Assembly: GCA_964645705.1 (NCBI GenBank) | Contig: CAZYAB010000002.1 | Location: forward strand, 88,155 to 152,154 | Origin: an uncultured Methanosarcinales archaeon | GTDB taxonomy: Archaea > Nanobdellota > Nanobdellia > Woesearchaeales > CAXGTL01 | Direction of reading: 5' to 3' | Length of the DNA: 64,000 bases | Part shown: positions 37,552 through 47,866 of the stretch, piece by piece | Layout: every line of letters begins with the position of its first letter | Numbering within the stretch: the stretch's first letter is position 1 | The notes under the pieces: generated by a model | The model's input: the letters and a program-made list of their open reading frames with translations, nothing else | Told to the model about the DNA's origin: nothing | The model's database searches: none | Program-made: the position numbers and the translations under genes

Positions 37552-39003
37552 TTAATAACTCTTACCAAAATACATCCAAACCTTGCTCTTTTTACCACAA
37601 TGCACACATTTACCTTTATCTTTTGGTTGTTTAAATGGAATATTAAGTGTTTTAGCACCGCCTGTTTTATCCTTTATCCAGTCTTCACATTCTTCTTCAG
37701 CACACCACGGTGCAAATGCCAGTTTACCACTTGTCACTATTTTTTTTAATTCATCAAAATCTTTTGGTTTAACAATATGTGATTCAAGATAATGTTTTGC
37801 TTTGACAAACATGTCATGTTGCATTTGGTTTAGCATATCTTTAACTTTAATAACAACATCATTCGATGAAACGAATTCTTTTTTACCACTGTCTCTTCTT
37901 ACTAAAACCACTTGATCTTTTTCAACATCTTTTGGTCCTACTTCCAACCTAATAGGAATTCCTTTCAACTCCCAATCATTGAATTTAAAACCAGGCGTTA
38001 CATCAGAACGATCATCAATAATAGGTTTATATTTTTTTAATGATTTAAATATTTCATCAACTTTTGACATAACTTTTTCTTTTGTATCCTCTCTACATAT
38101 AGGCACAATGACAATTTTTTCTTCAGCTAATTTAGGCGGAACAACAAACCCTTTATCATCAGAATGCACCATTATCAACATTCCCAACATTCTAACACTT
38201 ATACCCCATGAATTTTGCCAAGCATATTTTTCTTTTTTATCTTTATCAATAAATTTAATATTAAATGCTTTTGCAAAGTTTTGGCCTAGTTGATGAGATG
38301 TCCCCCCTTGTACTGCTTTTCCGCTTGGCATCAATGACTCAACTGATAATGAAAAATCAGCTCCTGCGAATTTTTCTTTTTCAGACTTTTTCCCAGTTAA
38401 AACAGGGATACAACATAATTCTTCAAATGTTTTCTTATATAGTTTTAGTATTTTCTTAGTTTCTTGAACAGCTTGTTTTCTTGTTGCAAAAACAGTGTGC
38501 CCTTCTTGCCATAAAAACTCTCGGAATCTAATCAAAGCAACAGGATGCTTGAATTCCCATCTGACAACATTATTCCATTGGTTGATACGCAAAGGTAAAT
38601 CTCTGTAAGACCTTATCCATTTTGCATAAAAAGAGTACATTATTGTTTCGCTTGTTGGACGTATAGCCAATCTTTTTGGTAACTTAGACGAACCGCCTTG
38701 GGTTACCCAAGCAACTTCTGGTGCAAAACCTTCAACATGTTGTGATTCTTTTGTCAAAAGATGTTCAGGAATCAGTAATGGAAAGTAAGCATTTTTCACA
38801 CCATCTTTTTTTATTAATTTATCAAAATAAGCTTGAATCTTTTCCCAAACAGAATAAATCCTTGGCTTTAGAACATAACAACCAGAAACTTCAGAATAAT
38901 CAATTAAGTCAGCTTTTTTAAGAACTTCAGTATACCACTCTGAAAAATTCTCATCTTTCTTAACAGTAATTCCAATATCTTTTTTTTCCTTTTTCTCTGA
39001 CAT
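37552..39003 (-). CDS. proS: prolyl-tRNA synthetase, archaeal/eukaryotic type (class II, C-terminal Zn-binding domain ending in Tyr)
   Basis: 'FSEWYTEVLKKADLIDY', class II motifs, C-terminus 'CVHCGKKSKVWMYFGKSY'. Confidence 0.85.
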   Translation of the reverse strand: MSEKKEKKDIGITVKKDENFSEWYTEVLKKADLIDYSEVSGCYVLKPRIYSVWEKIQAYFDKLIKKDGVKNAYFPLLIPEHLLTKESQHVEGFAPEVAWVTQGGSSKLPKRLAIRPTSETIMYSFYAKWIRSYRDLPLRINQWNNVVRWEFKHPVALIRFREFLWQEGHTVFATRKQAVQETKKILKLYKKTFEELCCIPVLTGKKSEKEKFAGADFSLSVESLMPSGKAVQGGTSHQLGQNFAKAFNIKFIDKDKKEKYAWQNSWGISVRMLGMLIMVHSDDKGFVVPPKLAEEKIVIVPICREDTKEKVMSKVDEIFKSLKKYKPIIDDRSDVTPGFKFNDWELKGIPIRLEVGPKDVEKDQVVLVRRDSGKKEFVSSNDVVIKVKDMLNQMQHDMFVKAKHYLESHIVKPKDFDELKKIVTSGKLAFAPWCAEEECEDWIKDKTGGAKTLNIPFKQPKDKGKCVHCGKKSKVWMYFGKSY

Positions 39004-39210
39004 TTAAAACACAGCACCGCAGTTTTTGCAATACTTATCATTACCTAATTTCTCAAAATCACAGCTACCACACATAATACACTCAGAAACACCTCTGTAA
39101 GGTTGTTTTTTAGGTTTTGTGAATTTGGATTTTAGTTTATTTAGTATGTTTTTCATTTTAGATAGGGTATGGCAGGCTTATATATAAATGTTGTATATTA
39201 TTTTTCAGGA

Positions 39211-40326
39211 TTATTTCTTTTTCTTCTTTTTTGTCAACTTAGCTCTTATCTCACTCAATCTTTTTAATCTTGTTTCTAGTGTACTAATCCTGTTTCTTAA
39301 TCTTTTGAACTTATATTCAAGTTCCTTTTTAACAGACCTTTTCTTAACTTTTTCTAATGCTTTTTCAAGATTTTCCTTTTTTCTTATTAAATCTTTTAAT
39401 TCTGTTTCTAATTTTTCTTTTGTTTCAAGAATTCTTTCACTTTTTCTTCCTTTTTCAAATACAAGTTTTTCAATATCTCCTGCTCTTTTAGTAATTTCTG
39501 AGATTTTTTCTTCTGCTTTATACTTAGCAATAAACTTTCTTTTCTTAATGTCTCTTATATTTACAAAATTAGGTGACACAATTTCAATATTTGCTTTACT
39601 GCATTCATCTAATACTTCTTTTTTTAACTGACTTGTCAAACCAATTATTTTATCAACATCTTTTAGAAAACCATTTATCTCATATGTAACAGAAAAATCA
39701 CCTAATTCTAGTACACTAACAAAAGCTTTTTTTAGACCAACATTTTTTGCAGCTTTTAGTAAAACAATTTCAACTTTTGTCCTAGGAAGATCATAACCAA
39801 GACTTACTGTTGTAGAAATAATAGCACCTTCTTGACTTAAATTAGTCATTTTTTTTGACATTATCAAGCTATTCGGAATAGTAACAAGTGTTCTTTTTCT
39901 TGTTTCTATTTCAGTATGAAACATGCTAAGTTCTGTAACTTTACCAAGCGTTCCTTCGAACTCAATTATATCTCCTATTTTATATTGTTTCAGTGATTTA
40001 ATTAATACACCAGACATACCATTTGCAATAAGTGTTGAAGAAGAGAATGCAACCATACCACTCATCACAAGCAAGAATATCTGTATCATTCCTTTTTGTA
40101 TTCCAGGAATATTTAATAAAAATAAAATAACAGCCATAACATAGATTCCTATTTTTATTGTATATTTACTGAATACTGATTTATATCCAAATTGTTTTCT
40201 TATGAAATTATATATCTTGTTTGTCAAAAAATTAGCAAAAACAGTTAAGATTATTATAGTTAAAACATTAAGAATATTAGGTAAATACGGCTTTATTCCT
40301 TGAATTATTGACTCAATGTTGATCAT
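39211..40326 (-). CDS. MscS-family mechanosensitive channel with a K/E-rich coiled-coil C-terminal tail
   Basis: 'GDIIEFEGTLGKVTELSMFHTEIETRKRTLVTIPNSLI'. Confidence 0.7.
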   Translation of the reverse strand: MINIESIIQGIKPYLPNILNVLTIIILTVFANFLTNKIYNFIRKQFGYKSVFSKYTIKIGIYVMAVILFLLNIPGIQKGMIQIFLLVMSGMVAFSSSTLIANGMSGVLIKSLKQYKIGDIIEFEGTLGKVTELSMFHTEIETRKRTLVTIPNSLIMSKKMTNLSQEGAIISTTVSLGYDLPRTKVEIVLLKAAKNVGLKKAFVSVLELGDFSVTYEINGFLKDVDKIIGLTSQLKKEVLDECSKANIEIVSPNFVNIRDIKKRKFIAKYKAEEKISEITKRAGDIEKLVFEKGRKSERILETKEKLETELKDLIRKKENLEKALEKVKKRSVKKELEYKFKRLRNRISTLETRLKRLSEIRAKLTKKKKKK

Positions 40327-40657
40327 TAATATAATTTATAGAATAATAGTATATAAAGCTTTGTTGTTACTTTAGAATTGTCATCATTAACAAGAATCTT
40401 GTTTAACAAACATCAATGGCCTTTTTTTCATTCTCATAAAAACATGACCATTACGTATTTCTATTTGTCTAAACTTCATGACAAGACCTTCAATCTTTTG
40501 AAAATTAAATAAAATAATATACACCCCCCACAATTTTTGAGTCAAATACCACTATATGCACTCTTGTATTGTACTTATTATAATAGTAATTTTGCTTTAA
40601 AAGTCTTTTGATTTTATTGTGGAAAAAACTACACTAATGTAAATTAAAGTAGATTGA

Positions 40658-41500
40658 TTAAAGAATTTGAGCAACTACCACACATATAAGAATCACTATT
40701 CCTGCAATCATTTTCTTCATCTCAAGCTTTTCTTTTAACCAAAACAATGCATAAATATAAAGCAAGATAGGCATGAGTGTCATTATCAGCATTGTATACA
40801 CAACACCAAACTTTTGAAAACTATAATATGTTAAAACTAGCTGAATAATTATCAAGATTTGTGTAATAGTTAAATGAAAAAATCTTTTCTTGCCTAATGA
40901 AACAATATTAGGCCTAAAATATATAACCAGTATAATCATTATAAAAAAACATCTTATAAAATACAAACTAAAAGCATTATATGTATTAAGCAATGATTTA
41001 ACAATTACATTTTCAACTGCAAAAAATACCATTGCGCCCAATATCATCAAAGCACTTTTATGAAATTTAAGATGATGTTTTTTTACATGTGACAAAACTA
41101 ATGCAAGAGAAGCAATCAAAGCAGGAATAAGTATGTAAGGATTTCTTTCATCAGCATATACAATCGCAGAAAACAATATTGTAAACATATTACCAAAAAC
41201 AAGTAATGCATCTGTTTCTGTTAATTGCTCAGACTTCATTCCATGAAAAAGCCAAACATTTGCAATTGTTCCAATAACAACCACAACCAATAACAATATA
41301 ATATTAATTGGTAGAAAAAAATTATAATTAAACTCAAATAAAAATGGGGATATAATCAGCATTAACAAAGATAATAAAATAAAAGACGCAGCTGTAAACA
41401 ATTTATAATTAACTTTTTCCTTAGAAAGTATGAACTTATTAAGAAACATTTCTAATGAACCAGACACAGCTGCAATTGTTGGTATTATGAATTGAAACAT
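40658..41500 (-). CDS. polytopic membrane protein (EamA/DMT-like, 8-10 TM)
   Basis: Hydrophobicity pattern only. Confidence 0.35.
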   Translation of the reverse strand: MFQFIIPTIAAVSGSLEMFLNKFILSKEKVNYKLFTAASFILLSLLMLIISPFLFEFNYNFFLPINIILLLVVVVIGTIANVWLFHGMKSEQLTETDALLVFGNMFTILFSAIVYADERNPYILIPALIASLALVLSHVKKHHLKFHKSALMILGAMVFFAVENVIVKSLLNTYNAFSLYFIRCFFIMIILVIYFRPNIVSLGKKRFFHLTITQILIIIQLVLTYYSFQKFGVVYTMLIMTLMPILLYIYALFWLKEKLEMKKMIAGIVILICVVVAQIL

Positions 41501-41501
41501 T

Positions 41502-42401
41502 TTACATAGCCATTAATTTATTTATCCTCTCATTTATATTTGGGTGTGTTGAAAATAAGCTAACTACAAATCCTTTTTTCTTTCTAAAAGGAGTTGAAAT
41601 AAAAAGATGAGCAGTTGCTTTGTTTGCTTTATCAACCAATGGATCAGGATCTTTAGATATTTTTCTCAAAGCACTTGCTAAACCAGGGGGATATCTTGTC
41701 ATTACAGCAGCACTTGCATCAGCCATAAATTCCCTTTTTCTACTTATTGCAAGTTTTATCATCTCACCTATTAATGGTGCTAGTATTGCTAATACAAAAC
41801 CGACTATTACCATTATAGCTGCTAACTGACCACTGCCTTTTGATTTTCTTCTTCCTCCACCATATGCAAATGTTCTTAATAAAAAATCACTAAGTAATGT
41901 TGCAATTCCTACTAAAACAGCTGCCAACATCATCATCCTTACATCATAATTTTTTATATGCGACATTTCATGCGCAATCACGCCTTCTAATTCTTGTCTA
42001 TTCATCACTTTTAATAAACCAGTTGTAACTGTTATAGATGCATGCTTAGGATCTCTTCCTGTTGCAAATGCATTCAAAGCACTATCATTTATTACATAAG
42101 CTTTTGGCGTAGGAATGCCTGCTGATATAGCAAGACCTTCTAATGTATGATATAGGTAAGGATATTCTTTTTTTGTAACTGGTCTTGCATCAGACATTTT
42201 TAATATCATCTTGTCTCCTGAAAAATATCCAAATAAAGCATAAATTACTGCAAATGCAGCTGCAAAACCTATACCAAACCCAACACTGCCATACACATAC
42301 CCTATAACATAGCCTAGTACAGTAATCAAAACAATAAAAAAAATCATAAGAACTATGGATTTTATCTTATTCTTTCTTACTTCATCAAACATTATTACCA
42401 T
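41502..42401 (-). CDS. htpX: HtpX-type M48 zinc metalloprotease
   Basis: 'GVIAHEMSHIKNYD' (HExxH), TM helices, overall M48 layout. Confidence 0.75.
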   Translation of the reverse strand: MVIMFDEVRKNKIKSIVLMIFFIVLITVLGYVIGYVYGSVGFGIGFAAAFAVIYALFGYFSGDKMILKMSDARPVTKKEYPYLYHTLEGLAISAGIPTPKAYVINDSALNAFATGRDPKHASITVTTGLLKVMNRQELEGVIAHEMSHIKNYDVRMMMLAAVLVGIATLLSDFLLRTFAYGGGRRKSKGSGQLAAIMVIVGFVLAILAPLIGEMIKLAISRKREFMADASAAVMTRYPPGLASALRKISKDPDPLVDKANKATAHLFISTPFRKKKGFVVSLFSTHPNINERINKLMAM

Positions 42402-42406
42402 TTTAC

Positions 42407-42961
42407 TTAGAACTTGACCTTAACATTCTTTTTTTCTGAAGAACTTGCTTTAAAAGATTGTTCTGCAGTAAAACCTAGCATTTTTGCAAACAGATTATTG
42501 GGAAATGTTTGTATCTTTGTATTAAAGATCATTACCACATCATTATAATGCTGTCTTGAATATGCTATCTTGTTTTCTGTTCCTGTTATTTCTTCTTGCA
42601 ATTGTAAAAAATTCTCATTTGCTCTTAACTTAGGATAATTTTCAGCAACAGCAAACAATGATTTTAATGTTTGTGTTAATTGATTAGAAGCTTTTGCTTT
42701 TTTCCCAATATTTTTTGCAGACATTATAGCAGATCTTGCTTTTGTAATGTTTTCAAGCAAAGTTTTTTCATGCCTCATGTATCCTTTTACAGTTTCAACT
42801 AGATTTGGTATAAGATCATTTCTTCTTTTCAACTGCACATCGATTTGTGCAAAGGAATTCCTAAGTTGATTTCTTAATCTAATAATACTGTTATATAACC
42901 ATATAACTCCTAATAATAGAAAAACTACAACTACGATTGCTATAATTGTTGAAGTTAACAT
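42407..42961 (-). CDS. LemA family protein
   Basis: N-terminal TM followed by 'NYPKLRANENFLQLQEEITGTENKIAYSRQHYNDVV...FP'. Confidence 0.7.
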   Translation of the reverse strand: MLTSTIIAIVVVVFLLLGVIWLYNSIIRLRNQLRNSFAQIDVQLKRRNDLIPNLVETVKGYMRHEKTLLENITKARSAIMSAKNIGKKAKASNQLTQTLKSLFAVAENYPKLRANENFLQLQEEITGTENKIAYSRQHYNDVVMIFNTKIQTFPNNLFAKMLGFTAEQSFKASSSEKKNVKVKF

Positions 42962-42986
42962 TTTTACACCTCCAGTTTGTGTTTTA

Positions 42987-44171
42987 TTAAATCATGCCTA
43001 GCCATATAGCTATAAACATACATATACCTAATAATAATATAATAACACCAGCTATTAAATGCAATACTTTAAGTTTTCTTTGTCTCCATTCTTCTGCTTT
43101 TTCAGTTGTTGTAAAACCAAAACATATTGCTAATGTTATTAACAGCATAGGTAAAATAAAAATAAGATTATATAATACTAGTAACCACAAAGCATAAGTT
43201 CTTGTAGCTGCTTGTGCAAGTAAACCTAATATTACTATATAAGGACCAGATGTACATGGTAATAAGAACAATGAAACAACAAATCCAATCATAAAAGCAC
43301 CAGGCACAGAAGTAACACCGCGTAAAACAGCTTTCATATGCGGTCTCCAGCTAAGAGGTACTTCCATTATAAACCATTTACCATACCAAAGATAATCTTT
43401 TAAATTAAACAACCCGATTATAACTGCTAAAACAGCGACAGTAATATAAAAACCACGAGTCAAACCACTTGCTTTAATAGCTGAAAACAAGCCAATTCCC
43501 ATTAAGAAATATGAAATAAATATTGATAATGTAAATGCTAATCCTGCAAATAATGCTTTTTTTCTAACACCAGTAGCAAGTATAGTTGTCAATAAGATTA
43601 TTAACACAGCAAATGCACATGGATTTATTGCATCAACAAGAGCAGCCATGACAACTGCTGATATTGTTAATGATTTTAACTGCGCATTTGGTTCATCTGG
43701 ATCAACTTGTTCACCAGGTCCAATTGTTTGAGTAATATCTTCTTTATTAATTTGGCCAGAAATACAAACATCAACACAATCATTAATTTCTTTTGCAATA
43801 TTTTCATTATATCCTACAAAAACTTCTTCACTTGTGAACACAACAGGTATGCTTATTCCATTATCAACATCAAGATCATATTTTTCAGCATATTCAAAGA
43901 ATAATTCTATGTTTTCTCTGATTTCATATCTTTCAATTACTAAATCAGGATGTTCTTGTTGTAATTCATCAAGAAACAATTGCATTTTCACACAATAAGG
44001 ACAACCAGGTCTTCCAAAATAAACTAATTTTATTTTATTACTTGTTTCATCTTGGCTCTGTTGATTATTACTAAATACATTATTATCAGAATCACCTAAT
44101 ACTTGAGCAAAACACATAGACAAAACTAATAAAAATAATACTATTATTGTAGTTAGTTTTAATTTATTCAT
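42987..44171 (-). CDS. secreted thioredoxin-fold domain (CPYC) fused to a CcdA/DsbD-type transmembrane thiol-disulfide transporter
   Basis: 'YFGRPGCPYCVKMQ'. The TM region carries 'NPCAF' and 'LPCTSGP'. Confidence 0.65.
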   Translation of the reverse strand: MNKLKLTTIIVLFLLVLSMCFAQVLGDSDNNVFSNNQQSQDETSNKIKLVYFGRPGCPYCVKMQLFLDELQQEHPDLVIERYEIRENIELFFEYAEKYDLDVDNGISIPVVFTSEEVFVGYNENIAKEINDCVDVCISGQINKEDITQTIGPGEQVDPDEPNAQLKSLTISAVVMAALVDAINPCAFAVLIILLTTILATGVRKKALFAGLAFTLSIFISYFLMGIGLFSAIKASGLTRGFYITVAVLAVIIGLFNLKDYLWYGKWFIMEVPLSWRPHMKAVLRGVTSVPGAFMIGFVVSLFLLPCTSGPYIVILGLLAQAATRTYALWLLVLYNLIFILPMLLITLAICFGFTTTEKAEEWRQRKLKVLHLIAGVIILLLGICMFIAIWLGMI

Positions 44172-44293
44172 ATTACCCCTATTCTCTGAATTATTCTTTA
44201 CTATTTATATATCTTTTGATTGTTTTTAATAAGATAGAAATATAATTTTAATAAAAAAACAGAAAAAACAAAAAAAATAAAAACAAAAAAGAT

Positions 44294-44494
44294 TTAGGAA
44301 GCTTCTCCACCTAATCCTTCATCAATATCATCTATTGATGATCCTACGTCTCCAACATCTTCGCCAAGATCTGAAACAATTTCAGATGCTTCTTCATCAG
44401 ATTCAATATTGCTTTGAGGAGCACATCCACTGCTCCCTGCTAATATTACTAATAAAAGCATAGTTATTATCAATAAACAAATTATTTTTCTCAT
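44294..44494 (-). CDS. small secreted acidic protein (66 aa). Overlaps the upstream giant gene by 4 nt
   Basis: Signal peptide followed by a lipobox-like 'AGSSGC'. Confidence 0.35.
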   Translation of the reverse strand: MRKIICLLIITMLLLVILAGSSGCAPQSNIESDEEASEIVSDLGEDVGDVGSSIDDIDEGLGGEAS

Positions 44495-47400
44495 TGTGCT
44501 TCACCTCCTTCATTTGATCCTGTGTCAGCAGGTTCTGGTGATGAAACCTCACCACCGCCTCCTCCGCTTTCAGTTGCAGGCGGTTCTTCTGATCCTCCGC
44601 CCCCACCTGATTCAGTTGTAGGTTCGCTTTGTTCTGGCTCTGATTGTTGTTCTGGTTCTGGTGTTTCTTCATAACCGCGACCTAGACATACACACATATC
44701 ATTTACACAATCTGTGTTTTGATCACCACATTCTTGATGACATCCATCTTTACATTCACTATAAGTAGAGTCTTCTCCTTCTCCTTCAAATCCTCCTTCT
44801 GGTTTTTGTACATCACAATCTTTATAACACCAATCTCCTTCACCTGGATCGCAGTTTCCATCTCCACACCAAGGTTCTTCTTCATGTTGACCAAAGTCAA
44901 TACATTTTATATCAATAACACATTCATAACCTCTTCCAGAGTCTCCATATATTGGTTCATCTCCAGCTCCTGATCCGAACTTAGCCCTACATTCTGCTTT
45001 TTCTCTTTGCCAGTCTGAATCTGTAAAACAATTATCTGGTTCTTGGATTGGCATAGGATATGGTCCTGCTTCTGGAGGCATCATATCAAATTTATCTTCA
45101 GGCATACATGATCCTGCTCCTTCGCTTTTACTAGGATCATAACAATATATTGTTTCACCTTTACCCATTACACAATTATCACTTCCTGTTCCTTCTGGAC
45201 ATTCGCCTTTTAATACTTTAGATGTTCCTGAAGGACATTGTTCATTATAATCAACAAGACATGCTTGTGGTAATCCTTGACAACATTTCTTTGTAAACAT
45301 TGGTCCTCCTCTTATACCAGGCCCTCTAGGTCCTTCACCTTCATATGGTCCTCTTCTCATACCAGGTCCATATGGATCAGGTCCTGCTGGTCCTGTAGGA
45401 AAATGCTCAGGCCCTCCTGGTCCTGCCATATCACCAAAACATTCTTTTTCACATTTTTGACAATCTGGATCAGGATCAAATCCTGGTCTACATGGTTTAT
45501 CACCACCAGCAGTACTACTAAGACAATCCATCATACATCTTTCTGCTTCATTTCTTGGTTGATGAGGTCCGCCAGGTCCTCCTGGTCCACCAGGTCCTCC
45601 TGGCCCTCCAAACCTTTCAAACATTTCTTTCATTGGTCCAGAACAATGTTTCATAAGATCTTCTGGTCCTCTCATACCAAATGCATAATTAGGATATGCA
45701 CATTTCATAGTCATATCACCAATAGGTGTCTCAACTTTTCCTGTTATTAAACAATTTGTTTCTTCTAATCCGATTATGCTTATTGTTACCATTGGATCTT
45801 CTGGTGGATGGAATTCATATGGTTTACATATTCTTACATGTTCATCAAATATTCTGCCTTCATCAGGATAATATTCATCTTCATATTCGCCATATTGATC
45901 AACTTCAAATTTTCTTTCAAACTCAGGCATTACCATGTCAGCAGTTATCTCTTCAGCAGGTGTAAACATTACATATAAAATATCATTAAGAACAACTTCT
46001 TTAATATATTTTAGATCATGTTTAATATCAATTACATCTTGTGTTGATAATTTTCCAACTTTGCCCCTGATAGCTAACATTAATTCATTTATTTTTGCTT
46101 TTGCACCATTAAACATTCCTGCAACTCTGTAGAATTTCTCTGTATTAGCATCATCGCCTTGACCTTCATGATACTTTGCAAGATTTTCTGCTTTTGCTTT
46201 TAATTGATCAAATTCAATTTTTAGTTCTTCTAATTTCATAGCAATGTTCATTAAATCTCCAACATTAGGAATTTTATCTACAGATTCATATTCAATCATG
46301 TCTTCATTACCTCTTCTTATACAATCAACGAATTCTAAACATCCAAATTGATCATGCCTAAACACTAGTTTTCCACCATCATATTCACATTTTTCAAATG
46401 CTTCTGAAGGGGGAGCTTCACCATTACAATGCTGTTCTCTTCCCATATCTTCATAAATTTTTGTCTCTTGACAATCTATCATAGGACATCCCATCTTTTC
46501 ATCAAAATATTTAATTGCTTTTTTCCCATATTTTTCACAAGATGTTTTTTCAGAATGCAATTTTGCTTGATCAGGACAGTGACTACTATATCTTTTTCTC
46601 TCATCAAACTCTTCATGAATGCAATCAATAAAATTACATCCATTTTCATTTTTAGTTACAGGTTTTCCACCCATTTTTTTACACTTTCTAGCAATCTTGT
46701 CCATTTCTTCTGGTGGCGGGCATTTACCTTTTCTTTGCTCAAGAAAACTTCCTTCTTTTTTTTCTTTTTCTTCTCTGCCAAATCCACATTTTACATATCT
46801 ACATCCTCTTTCATCTCTTAATGTTTTAGGTTGAGCACCTTCTCCTTGACATCTTTTTGTTTCTTTTATTATCTCAGATTTTGGTGGACAATCTTCTTTT
46901 AGTTTTTCTTGGATTTGTTTTTCTTTTTCTTTACAAACCATTATAAAGTTCCCAAATTCATCTTTTTCACCACGACAACCTGGGGGGATTTTTGGTTTAA
47001 CTGGTTCTTTTGGACCTATATCTATTTTTTCTTCATATTCTTTTTTTCTTTCCATATCTTTTTTTCTGATCTCTTGTTCATGTTCTCTTCTTGTTTTATC
47101 TGTTTCTTCATCCCATATTCTTTGTTCTGCTTCATCATGAGATTCGAACGGCATTCTATAATCATCAACACAAGGAACTTCTTTATCACCTTCATAACAT
47201 TTTTCAGGTTCAAAAGGCATTCTATGATCATCTACCATTTCAGGCATCATTGGTTGAATATATTCTTCTGGTTTGTAATCATCATGCATGTGATCATCTT
47301 CATAGAAATCATCTTTAGGTTCATCATACATCACTGGTTCGGGTTCATGATGAACCGGTTCTTCTATAGGTTTATCATGCATAATGGGTTCTGGCTGAGA

Positions 47401-47538
47401 TTCATCTCTTACAGGATCTGCAACAGGTTCAGCAAAAACTTCACCACCAGCATCAACATTTGCACCTTCTTCAGCAACTACTAATGACATTATCATCAAT
47501 AATATCATAAAACATACTAGAATTCCTTTTAATTTCAT
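44491..47538 (-). CDS. large (1015 aa) secreted, Cys-rich, acidic protein with (GGP)n and Gly-Pro-rich low-complexity segments. Probable surface or extracellular structural protein
   Basis: Signal peptide 'MKLKGILVCFMILLMIMSLVVAEE', more than 60 Cys, 'GGPGGPGGPGGPGGP', and a terminal 'GGGGGSEEPPATESGGGGG'. Confidence 0.55.
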   Translation of the reverse strand: MKLKGILVCFMILLMIMSLVVAEEGANVDAGGEVFAEPVADPVRDESQPEPIMHDKPIEEPVHHEPEPVMYDEPKDDFYEDDHMHDDYKPEEYIQPMMPEMVDDHRMPFEPEKCYEGDKEVPCVDDYRMPFESHDEAEQRIWDEETDKTRREHEQEIRKKDMERKKEYEEKIDIGPKEPVKPKIPPGCRGEKDEFGNFIMVCKEKEKQIQEKLKEDCPPKSEIIKETKRCQGEGAQPKTLRDERGCRYVKCGFGREEKEKKEGSFLEQRKGKCPPPEEMDKIARKCKKMGGKPVTKNENGCNFIDCIHEEFDERKRYSSHCPDQAKLHSEKTSCEKYGKKAIKYFDEKMGCPMIDCQETKIYEDMGREQHCNGEAPPSEAFEKCEYDGGKLVFRHDQFGCLEFVDCIRRGNEDMIEYESVDKIPNVGDLMNIAMKLEELKIEFDQLKAKAENLAKYHEGQGDDANTEKFYRVAGMFNGAKAKINELMLAIRGKVGKLSTQDVIDIKHDLKYIKEVVLNDILYVMFTPAEEITADMVMPEFERKFEVDQYGEYEDEYYPDEGRIFDEHVRICKPYEFHPPEDPMVTISIIGLEETNCLITGKVETPIGDMTMKCAYPNYAFGMRGPEDLMKHCSGPMKEMFERFGGPGGPGGPGGPGGPHQPRNEAERCMMDCLSSTAGGDKPCRPGFDPDPDCQKCEKECFGDMAGPGGPEHFPTGPAGPDPYGPGMRRGPYEGEGPRGPGIRGGPMFTKKCCQGLPQACLVDYNEQCPSGTSKVLKGECPEGTGSDNCVMGKGETIYCYDPSKSEGAGSCMPEDKFDMMPPEAGPYPMPIQEPDNCFTDSDWQREKAECRAKFGSGAGDEPIYGDSGRGYECVIDIKCIDFGQHEEEPWCGDGNCDPGEGDWCYKDCDVQKPEGGFEGEGEDSTYSECKDGCHQECGDQNTDCVNDMCVCLGRGYEETPEPEQQSEPEQSEPTTESGGGGGSEEPPATESGGGGGEVSSPEPADTGSNEGGEAQ

Positions 47539-47866
47539 TTATACCACCTTCTTTTTTTAATTATAATTGATTATATATAACTTATAGAATTGTTATATAT
47601 AAAGTTAACTGAATTTTTTTATTATTTTTAGTGTTTAAATTTTTCCAAAACATTTATAAATCATAACCTTCCATTATAAAATGTGATAAAATGGTAAGAA
47701 AAACACTTTTCATGGACATTGCTGAGCAATCAGCTTAGATGATAGTGTCTGGTGTTTTTTTTGTTTCTTATGCAGCAATTACTCATCATATAGCCTCCAA
47801 GAATGGAGACTAAAAAATATTATATTTTTTTATCAAAAAACAAAAACAAAAACCGAGGAAAATAAA

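Noticed and set aside
40327-40657. A 30-codon ORF on the minus strand (MKFRQIEIRNGHVFMRMKKRPLMFVKQDSC) in the MscS-DMT intergenic region, considered as a tiny ribosomal or regulatory protein
   Set aside because: It has no recognisable RBS, no match to known small ribosomal proteins, and is too short to call without external evidence.
45330-45620. Short periodic DNA repeats (ggtcctcctggtccaccaggtcctcctggccctcc) that could suggest a CRISPR or microsatellite
   Set aside because: They encode the (GGP)n low-complexity segment of the large secreted protein. There are no spacer-like unique units, no direct-repeat structure and no cas genes.
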